A stretch of DNA of 14,397 nt from Treponema sp. Lineage in GTDB: Bacteria > Spirochaetota > Spirochaetia > Treponematales > Breznakiellaceae. The position numbers were made by a program, and so were the translations under genes. Position 1 is the stretch's first letter. Every line of letters starts with the position of its first letter. This document shows positions 6,875-12,965 of the stretch, piece after piece. The stretch spans positions 1 through 14,397 of the forward strand of contig JAISBS010000066.1 of the NCBI GenBank assembly GCA_031266075.1, written 5' to 3'. The notes under the pieces were generated by a model, which was given only the letters and a program-made list of their open reading frames with translations, was not told the origin of the DNA and ran no database searches.

Positions 6875-7042
6875 TTATTCGCCGTGGGGGTCTAATACCC
6901 TGCCCTTTAGGGCGGTCAGAATTGGTAACACCAACAAAAATGGTAGTAGACCCCCACAGTTAATAATTTCTTTACAGAACGAACCTCGTAAAATGATGCA
7001 ACGCCTACAAGATACCCCGTCCTTCAGGGCGGGGAGGTTCAT
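6875..7042 (-). CDS. Unannotated small ORF (57 aa), Cys-rich: MNLPALKDGVSCRRCIILRGSFCKEIINCGGLLPFLLVLPILTALKGRVLDPHGE
   Basis: Hand-translated from the - strand. Its ATG (7042-7040) overlaps the permease-1 TGA (7041-7039) in an ATGA arrangement. Its TAA (6877-6875) sits directly against the GGAGG RBS of permease 2. It has a CxxC-x7-C-x5-C pattern followed by a hydrophobic 16-aa stretch. It is below the 60-aa cutoff of the ORF track. Codon usage is AT-richer than the neighbouring genes. Confidence 0.3.
   Translation of the reverse strand: MNLPALKDGVSCRRCIILRGSFCKEIINCGGLLPFLLVLPILTALKGRVLDPHGE
7007..7034 (-). terminator. Terminator- or attenuator-like hairpin directly after the permease-1 stop: CCCCGCCC-UGAA-GGACGGGG followed by UAUCUUGU
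   Basis: On the - strand this is a 7/8-bp GC stem with a UGAA loop and then a moderately U-rich tail. It lies inside the operon and inside the candidate small ORF, so it is a partial terminator at most. Confidence 0.3.
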
Positions 7043-8805
7043 TCAAACCGCAGGCTTTCGGTGATCGGCATCTTGAGGGCGCGGCGGGTGGGGAAGAAGG
7101 CCATACAGGCCGCAAGCGTTGTGGCGGCGATCCCGGAGCCGATGATTACCGGAATGTTCCACGCGGAACGGAAGACGCCGGTAACCCGGTAGCCGATGTC
7201 TCCTCCGGCGGCATTGGTCATGGCACTAAAATCCAGGCCGTATTTAACCATGGGGATATTGATAAGGCAGCCTGCCGCAATGCCGATGAGGGAACCAAAG
7301 AAGCCCACCATGCCCGCTTCCATCATGTAGGTGCCGATCAACTGGCCGTCGGTCATGCCCATGGCCCGCATCATGCCGGTTTCCCGGGTTCGTTCCAGAA
7401 TGGCCAGCAGCATAGTGTTGGCGATCCCCATGAAGGACAGGATGAAGAGGATGATAACCATGATCTGATTGGAAACATTGTCCCCCTGAGAGGCCGCAAG
7501 GTAATCCCGCACATAGGCTTCCCAGGAAAAAATATCCAGTTCCTCCGGCAAGGCTGCCGGCAGGGAATATGCGGTTTTCGCCATGGTTGTTTCGGTGATG
7601 CCCGTTCCGGCCACAGCCGCTTTAATGGCCGCGGGACTCTCGGTCTTTCCGGGAACCTTTGCGTCATCGGCGTTTTTTATCCGTATGAGAAGTTCCGTCA
7701 CCCGGCCTTCCAGCATAAGTCCCGCTTCGTCCTGTAAAACATCCAGGGGAATCCAGGCGGTGTTGTTGTTGTTCCGGGGATTGGGGGAATTGACCACCCC
7801 GGCCACCACCGCGGAAACAAGCTGGTTCACGTGCCGTATGGCCCCGGCGTAATCTACCCGGACCATGGCGGTCAGCACCGCGGCCTGGAGCGCTTCGTCT
7901 TCGGAATAGAGATACCACGCCTGGGTTAGTTCATCAAACTCATAGGCGCGGTGGAAAAGCGCCCGCTCTTCCGCGTTTAAGGCCGGGGCCAGATCCACGT
8001 CAAATTTTTCCTTCCGTACCGATTCGGGGGCGGCCTTGATGTCGATGACCGTGGAGATTTGCACGTTCATCCGCCCCGTTTCCGCCAGCAGGTTCCAGTA
8101 GCGGTCCAGGTCCTGCGGGGGGATATTTTTTTTCAGGGTCTGGCGTTCCTCGCCGGGCCGGGAGGGAGCCGCCTCCGCCGGAGCGAAGAGGCCGCCGCTT
8201 TTTGCCGGCGCTTTTTCGTAGAGGCCCCGCACAAAGTCCCGTTCCTCCGGCGGCAGGCCGGGCAGAATGTCCCCGTCCAATTCATCCGCCGTGGGCCGCT
8301 GGGGAATCCCCACCTTGAGCTTGTCCGCCGTTACCGCCCCCAGCGCTATTTCGAAGGCGCCGCTTTGAATAAAGCGGCCCGACTCGATGTACCGGGGGTA
8401 ACGGAGGATCCGCGCCTCCGCCGCCGGGTCGCAGCCGATAAACTGCATGGGCGCGGAGGCCGCTTCCGTGTAGAGGGTCCCGGTAAACACAAAGCGCGGG
8501 GCGCTGTTATAGCCCGCTTCGTCCAGAGCCGCGGCGCACTGTTCCCAGCCGCCGAAATTTTCGTACATCGGAAGTTCGTCCTTTTTGGCGAAGTAGGTTT
8601 TTTTCTGGAGTTTCGCCGCGCCGATCTCGAAGTTGGCGATGTTCCGCAGGGAATCGATGTTTATCCCCGCAAGCCAGCCGTCCATAAAAACATAGAGCGC
8701 CACGCTGATACTTACCGCGGCGATGGTAAGAACCGTCTTTACCTTATGCCGCGCCAGGTTCCGCAGCGCCAGCCGTTTGAGTTCGATTACGCCTGCCATA
8801 GTCAT
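7039..8805 (-). CDS. ABC transporter permease, FtsX/MacB type with a greatly enlarged (~420 aa) periplasmic domain
   Basis: 588 aa. TM1 is at residues ~20-45 (VLTIAAVSISVALYVFM). The next TM segments begin only at ~residue 465 (IMVIILFILSFMGIANTMLLAIL). The C-terminal 3-TM FtsX bundle is followed by ...TESLRFE. Its start overlaps the ATPase stop as ATGA (8802-8805). Confidence 0.85.
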   Translation of the reverse strand: MTMAGVIELKRLALRNLARHKVKTVLTIAAVSISVALYVFMDGWLAGINIDSLRNIANFEIGAAKLQKKTYFAKKDELPMYENFGGWEQCAAALDEAGYNSAPRFVFTGTLYTEAASAPMQFIGCDPAAEARILRYPRYIESGRFIQSGAFEIALGAVTADKLKVGIPQRPTADELDGDILPGLPPEERDFVRGLYEKAPAKSGGLFAPAEAAPSRPGEERQTLKKNIPPQDLDRYWNLLAETGRMNVQISTVIDIKAAPESVRKEKFDVDLAPALNAEERALFHRAYEFDELTQAWYLYSEDEALQAAVLTAMVRVDYAGAIRHVNQLVSAVVAGVVNSPNPRNNNNTAWIPLDVLQDEAGLMLEGRVTELLIRIKNADDAKVPGKTESPAAIKAAVAGTGITETTMAKTAYSLPAALPEELDIFSWEAYVRDYLAASQGDNVSNQIMVIILFILSFMGIANTMLLAILERTRETGMMRAMGMTDGQLIGTYMMEAGMVGFFGSLIGIAAGCLINIPMVKYGLDFSAMTNAAGGDIGYRVTGVFRSAWNIPVIIGSGIAATTLAACMAFFPTRRALKMPITESLRFE

Positions 8806-9488
8806 TGTTTCACCTCGTCCGATTCGATTTGGCCGTCGCGGATGCGGATGATCCGGCGGGCAACGTCCATCACCATAAGGTCATGGGTGGAGAAGATGAA
8901 CGTGGTTCCTTCGCTTTGGTTGAGCCGCAGCATGAGTTCCAGAATTTCCCGGCCAATTTTGGAGTCCAGGTTCGCCGTGGGTTCATCGGCCAGAATCAGG
9001 GTGGGCCGTTTTATCAGGGCCCGCGCAATGGCCACCCGCTGCTGCTGGCCGCCGGACATTTCTTTGGGCCGCCGTTTTTCCATACCCTCAAGTCCCACCT
9101 GCGACAGAACCTGCCGGACCCGGTCGCGGGTTTCCCGCCTGTCCGTCCCCAGCAGAGTCAGCGGGAAGCCGATGTTTTCTTCTACTGACAAAACGGGAAT
9201 CAGGTTATATGCCTGAAAGATAAAGCCGATACTGTACCGCCGCAAAAGGGCCAGCTTTTTTTTGGAAAGATTGGCGATGTCGGTGCCGCCGACGCTTATG
9301 GAACCCCCGGTGAGGGTATCGAGGCAGCCCGCCAGATGAAGGAACGTTGACTTGCCGCTTCCCGAGGGCCCGGCAATGGCGGCAAAATCCCCGCCCCGGA
9401 ATTCCAGATTCACCCCCCGCAGAGCGTGAACCGTCTGCCCGTTTATCCCATAGTCCTTTACCAGATTTTCCGCCTTTACCACCGTCAT
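8802..9488 (-). CDS. ABC transporter ATP-binding protein, LolD/MacB-NBD type
   Basis: 228 aa. Walker A GPSGSGKST, signature LSGGQQQRVAIARAL, Walker B LILADEPTANLD, H-loop STHD. AGGAGG lies upstream of the ATG at 9486-9488. Confidence 0.95.
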   Translation of the reverse strand: MTVVKAENLVKDYGINGQTVHALRGVNLEFRGGDFAAIAGPSGSGKSTFLHLAGCLDTLTGGSISVGGTDIANLSKKKLALLRRYSIGFIFQAYNLIPVLSVEENIGFPLTLLGTDRRETRDRVRQVLSQVGLEGMEKRRPKEMSGGQQQRVAIARALIKRPTLILADEPTANLDSKIGREILELMLRLNQSEGTTFIFSTHDLMVMDVARRIIRIRDGQIESDEVKQ

Positions 9489-9508
9489 GGTATGCCTCCT
9501 GACCTTAT

Positions 9509-9566
9509 TTGTATTATTGAACTATTTATCTAGTACAATAGTAAATGAGCTAGTACAATATGTCAA
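9509..9566 (-). promoter_or_regulatory. Promoter TTGACA-N17-TACTAT of the ABC operon with embedded operator half-sites TAGTACAA (x2 direct) and TTGTATTA
   Basis: - strand: -35 TTGACA is plus 9561-9566 and -10 TACTAT is plus 9538-9543. The 16-mer ATCTAGTACAATAGTA (plus 9528-9543) is identical to the one at the GntR promoter (11265-11280). A second TAGTACAA at 9551-9558 lies in the spacer. Confidence 0.5.
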
Positions 9567-9598
9567 GTGGAAAAGGGGAAAATTTTGAATTCCGGGGT

Positions 9599-9644
9599 AA
9601 AAAAAGGGAAGCGCTGAAACCCGGTTGGGTTTTCAACGCTTCCC
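9599..9644 (-). terminator. Rho-independent terminator of the GntR-SPFH transcript
   Basis: On the - strand there is an 8-bp perfect stem GGGAAGCG...CGCUUCCC (9606-9613 / 9637-9644). It has an inner GAAACCC/GGGUUUC stem and is followed by UUUUUUU (plus A-run 9599-9605). It lies 30-80 nt downstream of the SPFH stop. Confidence 0.6.
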
Positions 9645-9675
9645 TTAATGAAAAACGGGGTTTCCGGCGGTTCCC

Positions 9676-10839
9676 CTAAGTCCCGCCTTTACCTTTTTTC
9701 TGCCGCAGTTCCGCCAGGGCTTGCAGGCCGAAGATGTCCTTCGCCTTGAGTTCCTCGGTGATGGAATTGGGTACCAGCATCATGGAGTTCCCCGCCTTGA
9801 GGCCCTCGTTCAAAATCGAAAGAATTTTGAGCTTCATGGCCGGTTCGTTTTTCGCGTAGATGGCTACCGCGGTTTCCAGCTTTTTGGCGATTTCGATCTC
9901 CGCGTCCGCCAGGAGGATCCGGCCTTTCTTTTCCCGTTCCGCCTGGGCGATCCGGGAGAGGGAATCCTGAAGGTCTTCGGGGATCTGAATGTCGGTGATT
10001 TCAATATGCTGGATGGTGATGCCCCATTCGGTGGTTTTCCGGTCCACTTCTTCCTGAATCTGCTTCTGGATGATTTCGCCATGCTCCAGAAAGGTGGACA
10101 GGTCGTGGCTGGACACGGAGTTCCGCAGGGCGGTTTTCGCGGAGAGGATCACCGCATCCTGGTAATTTTCCACTTCCAGTACCGCCTTCTCCGGATCCCA
10201 GACGAGCCAGAAGCAGAGGGCGTCCACGGTAACTGTTACTGAATCGCCGGTGAGGGTTTCCTGGGCCACAAAGTCCGTAACCCGGATGCGGAGATCCACG
10301 GTCTGCGCGACCCGGTCTATCAGGGGGATGAGGACAAAGATGCCGGGGCCCTTGACCCGGTGGAAGCGGCCAAAGCGGAGGACGATGGCCCGCTCCCATT
10401 CATCGGCTTTCTGCACCAGGGGGGCGATGAGGGCTGTGAGCGCGGCGAAGAGCAGGGCCGGGCCAAAATCGAAATCCCTTTGGGGGAACCAGATGAACCA
10501 GGCGGCCCCCGCCGTGCAGATCAGGGCGATGCTGATCTTAACCGCCGCGGCCCAGCGGGGGAACAGCGTCATGCAGAGGAGAGTCAGGGCGGGAAGGCCC
10601 AGGAGCAGCCCCAGTTCAGTTGCAGAAGGGAAGCTCCCGCCAAGGCTGAGGCCCGCCAGCACAAAGAGGACGGCGGCGGCGAGGATGCCCAGCCCCGCGG
10701 CGCTCAGGGTAAAGTCCCGTTTTTTTTCCGGCGGGGAAGGGCGGTTTTTGATGTGGGGCTTGTCCGAAAGGAAGCCTGTTTCGCGGCGCTTCAACTCGGG
10801 GCCGCCGGTTTGGTCCGGTTCGCCTTTTTTCCTAAACAT
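9676..10839 (-). CDS. SPFH/band-7 (stomatin/prohibitin-like) membrane protein with an N-terminal ~4-TM extension
   Basis: 387 aa. Residues ~45-145 contain four hydrophobic segments. The PHB core follows: EWERAIVLRFGRFHRVKGPGIFVLIPLIDRV...VDLRIRVTDFVAQETLTGDSVTVTVDALCFWLV, then a coiled-coil-like C-terminal tail. RBS AAGGAGAA is present. The ATG (10837-10839) overlaps the last codons and stop of the GntR gene by 8 nt. Confidence 0.85.
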   Translation of the reverse strand: MFRKKGEPDQTGGPELKRRETGFLSDKPHIKNRPSPPEKKRDFTLSAAGLGILAAAVLFVLAGLSLGGSFPSATELGLLLGLPALTLLCMTLFPRWAAAVKISIALICTAGAAWFIWFPQRDFDFGPALLFAALTALIAPLVQKADEWERAIVLRFGRFHRVKGPGIFVLIPLIDRVAQTVDLRIRVTDFVAQETLTGDSVTVTVDALCFWLVWDPEKAVLEVENYQDAVILSAKTALRNSVSSHDLSTFLEHGEIIQKQIQEEVDRKTTEWGITIQHIEITDIQIPEDLQDSLSRIAQAEREKKGRILLADAEIEIAKKLETAVAIYAKNEPAMKLKILSILNEGLKAGNSMMLVPNSITEELKAKDIFGLQALAELRQKKGKGGT

Positions 10840-11266
10840 CTTGCGATTCTCCTTTTTCGTAACGGTACCCGTGGATCAGTTCCGGAAGCTCCGCCTGATC
10901 CACTCCTAAATCCTTCATATCCTGTATAAAGCGGCCCAGCACTTCCCGAATTTTCCGGTTCAGCCCTTCCTCGGCGGAAGCCGCTTCTCCCAAAAGGGGC
11001 GCTTTGTCCGACACATAGGTGCCGCTCCCCACCTGGGTGGTCAGGATACCCCGGATTTCCAGTTCCCCATAGGCTTTGGCGATGGTATTGGAGTTGATCT
11101 TCAACTCCACCGCCAGGGAACGGATAGTGGGCAGCCGGTCGCCGGGCCGCATCCGCTCCGAAAGGATGGCATATTCAATCTGCTGAATGATCTGTCGGTA
11201 AATCGGCGCCCCGTTGGACGGGTTCAGGGTAAAACTGATGGCCGGTTCCGCATTTGTACTATTCAT
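10832..11266 (-). CDS. GntR-family transcriptional regulator, short C-terminal domain (YtrA-like subfamily)
   Basis: 144 aa. The winged HTH reads PIYRQIIQQIEYAILSERMRPGDRLPTIRSLAVELKINSNTIAKAYGELEIRGILTTQVGSGTYV. Only ~60 residues follow, with no FadR/HutC/MocR-size effector domain, which is the hallmark of YtrA-type regulators that control adjacent ABC exporter operons. Confidence 0.85.
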   Translation of the reverse strand: MNSTNAEPAISFTLNPSNGAPIYRQIIQQIEYAILSERMRPGDRLPTIRSLAVELKINSNTIAKAYGELEIRGILTTQVGSGTYVSDKAPLLGEAASAEEGLNRKIREVLGRFIQDMKDLGVDQAELPELIHGYRYEKGESQDV

Positions 11267-11303
11267 CTAGTACAATAGTAGATACGCTCGTACCATGTGT
11301 CAA
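11254..11303 (-). promoter_or_regulatory. GntR promoter TTGACA-N17-TACTAT (near-leaderless) plus inverted repeat TTGTACTA-N6-TAGTACAA centred on the GntR start codon
   Basis: - strand: -35 TTGACA is plus 11298-11303 and -10 TACTAT is plus 11275-11280, only 8 nt from the ATG (11264-11266). The palindrome arms are at 11254-11261 and 11268-11275. The 16-mer 11265-11280 is identical to 9528-9543. Confidence 0.5.
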
Positions 11304-11374
11304 GACGGTTTTGACCGGATCTCCAGGAGGACCGGCTGTAACCACCCGCCCTTCCGTTTTTTTCAATAATGGAC

Positions 11375-11406
11375 TTGTTCAATAACCCAGTTGGTTATTT
11401 CACAAG
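11375..11406. repeat. Degenerate palindrome TTGTTCAATAACC-cagtt-GGTTATTTCACAAG sharing the TTGTTCAA seed with the repeat family
   Basis: Read directly; the arms match 11/13. It lies in the divergent intergenic region between the GntR gene and the RND efflux operon. Confidence 0.35.
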
Positions 11407-11448
11407 TCTCGCAAAATGCTCCGCATTTTTGCTGTTTTTAAGAGGAAG

Positions 11449-11484
11449 TTGTTCAAAAACTGAAGTTTTTAAACAACTCTAATA
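11449..11484. repeat. Palindromic intergenic repeat copy c: TTGTTCAAAAAC-TGAAG-TTTTTAAACAA-CTCTAATA
   Basis: Read directly. Confidence 0.7.
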
Positions 11485-11557
11485 AGGAAATCAACAACTG
11501 CCTGAAACCGGGGTTTCCAGAAGTTCTCCTTTTTTTGTATGCTTGTTCCGGGGTTGC

Positions 11558-11593
11558 TGTTCCAAAAACTGAAGTTTTTAAACAACTCTAATC
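11558..11593. repeat. Palindromic intergenic repeat copy d (left arm degenerate: CTGTTCCAAAAAC): TGAAG-TTTTTAAACAA-CTCTAATC
   Basis: Read directly. It ends 19 nt before the GTG start of the TolC-like gene and is adjacent to the GGAGGG RBS at 11602-11607. Confidence 0.65.
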
Positions 11594-11612
11594 ATTTTTT
11601 CGGAGGGATTGG

Positions 11613-12965
11613 GTGGGGCGTGTTTTTGCCGGATGTTTTTTTCTTGCGGTAAGCCTGTCCCTGGCCTGGCCGGAGAATGACCCGCCGGGGGTTCTGTCCG
11701 GCGGCCCGCTGGTTCTTACACTGGACGAAGCGGTGCGGCGGGCGCTGGAGGAGAATCTGGATCTGAAAAAGCGGCTCATCGACCTTTCCGCCGCCGGATA
11801 CGCCGCGAAAAACCTTTGGGCGGAACTGTTCCCCTCCATCACCGCCGGAGCGGGGGCGAGTTACGGAACCGGGCTTTTTTCGGGGAACGGGTTTGAACTG
11901 GACAAAAGCGGCCTTGGCTATGATCTTTCGGCAGGGTTGAGCCTGAGCCTGAACGCGGGACTTCCCCAGACCATGAAGATCATCAAACTGGCGTACCAGT
12001 CCCGGCTGCTGGAATATGAGGATGCCCGGCGGCAGCTTGAAACGGTGATTGCCAAAAATTTTTACACCCTGCTGACGGACCGGGAGAACCTTGCCCATCT
12101 GGAAAAAACCCTTGAACTGGCGGAACGTCAGCTTGAACGGGACCGGATCGCCTTTAACAACGGCCTCAAGGGGGAGCTGGCCCTGCTTCAGAGCCGGCTG
12201 GGCGCGGAAACGGCGAAGTACCGGCTCAGCAATGCCCGGACCGCCTATACCGCCGCGCTGGGGGATTTTTTGGCCCTTTTGGGGATTCCCCAGGACAGGC
12301 CGGCGGTTCTGGATGGGGAGATCGACATCTACCCGGTGGACGCGGAGCCGGAGGCCTTGATCCGGGAATATCTTCCCAAACGGCCTGACATTCTGGGCTG
12401 GGGGCAGGCCATCGAGAGCCTTGAGTATACGGCGCGGCAAAACGCGCTGGAGGCCCGGGCCCCTTCGCTGACTTTGTCCACCCGGTGGAGCAGCCAGTTT
12501 GAACCCTTCGCCGACCGGGTGAACGGTTCCGTATCGGTTTCCATCCCCATTGATTCCTGGGTTCCCGGAACCCGAAGGGACCGGGCCCTGAAAACCGCGG
12601 CGGCGAATGTCGAAAAAGCCCGGCTGGATCTGAAAAACGCCGAAAACGAAGCGGCCTCCCGGATCCGGTCTTTGGCCGCGGGCCTGAAAAATTCCTGGGC
12701 CGGCATCGAGATTGCCCGGCTCAGTGTGGAGATTGCGGAACGAACCTATGAACTGCACGAAGAGGGTTTCCGGCTCGGTACGGTGGAGTCGCTGGCGCTG
12801 GAGGACACCCGGAACAGTCTGGCGGAAAAACGGCAGCAGCTTTTGCAGAGCGAATTGGCCTATCAAACTATGACGCTGGATTTGGCCGCCGCCCTCAATA
12901 TAGACTGGAAAATATTGGGGGATATAACAAACGCCCCGGAAGCCTCCGCGGGGAGTGAACGGTGA
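11613..12965 (+). CDS. Outer-membrane efflux protein, TolC/OEP family
   Basis: 450 aa with a GTG start, signal peptide MGRVFAGCFFLAVSLSLAWP, and an N-terminal LTLDEAVRRALEENLDLK motif. It has a two-repeat coiled-coil/beta architecture typical of OEP. The opposite-strand ORF (11592-12983) is Pro/Gly/Arg-rich and looks spurious. Confidence 0.85.
   Translation: MGRVFAGCFFLAVSLSLAWPENDPPGVLSGGPLVLTLDEAVRRALEENLDLKKRLIDLSAAGYAAKNLWAELFPSITAGAGASYGTGLFSGNGFELDKSGLGYDLSAGLSLSLNAGLPQTMKIIKLAYQSRLLEYEDARRQLETVIAKNFYTLLTDRENLAHLEKTLELAERQLERDRIAFNNGLKGELALLQSRLGAETAKYRLSNARTAYTAALGDFLALLGIPQDRPAVLDGEIDIYPVDAEPEALIREYLPKRPDILGWGQAIESLEYTARQNALEARAPSLTLSTRWSSQFEPFADRVNGSVSVSIPIDSWVPGTRRDRALKTAAANVEKARLDLKNAENEAASRIRSLAAGLKNSWAGIEIARLSVEIAERTYELHEEGFRLGTVESLALEDTRNSLAEKRQQLLQSELAYQTMTLDLAAALNIDWKILGDITNAPEASAGSER

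Noticed and set aside
8059-9216. 385-aa ORF on the + strand antisense to permease 1 and the ABC ATPase
   Set aside because: Arg/Pro/Gly-rich, low-complexity translation with no motifs. The opposite strand encodes unmistakable Walker A/B and FtsX proteins. This is a typical spurious long antisense ORF in GC-rich DNA.
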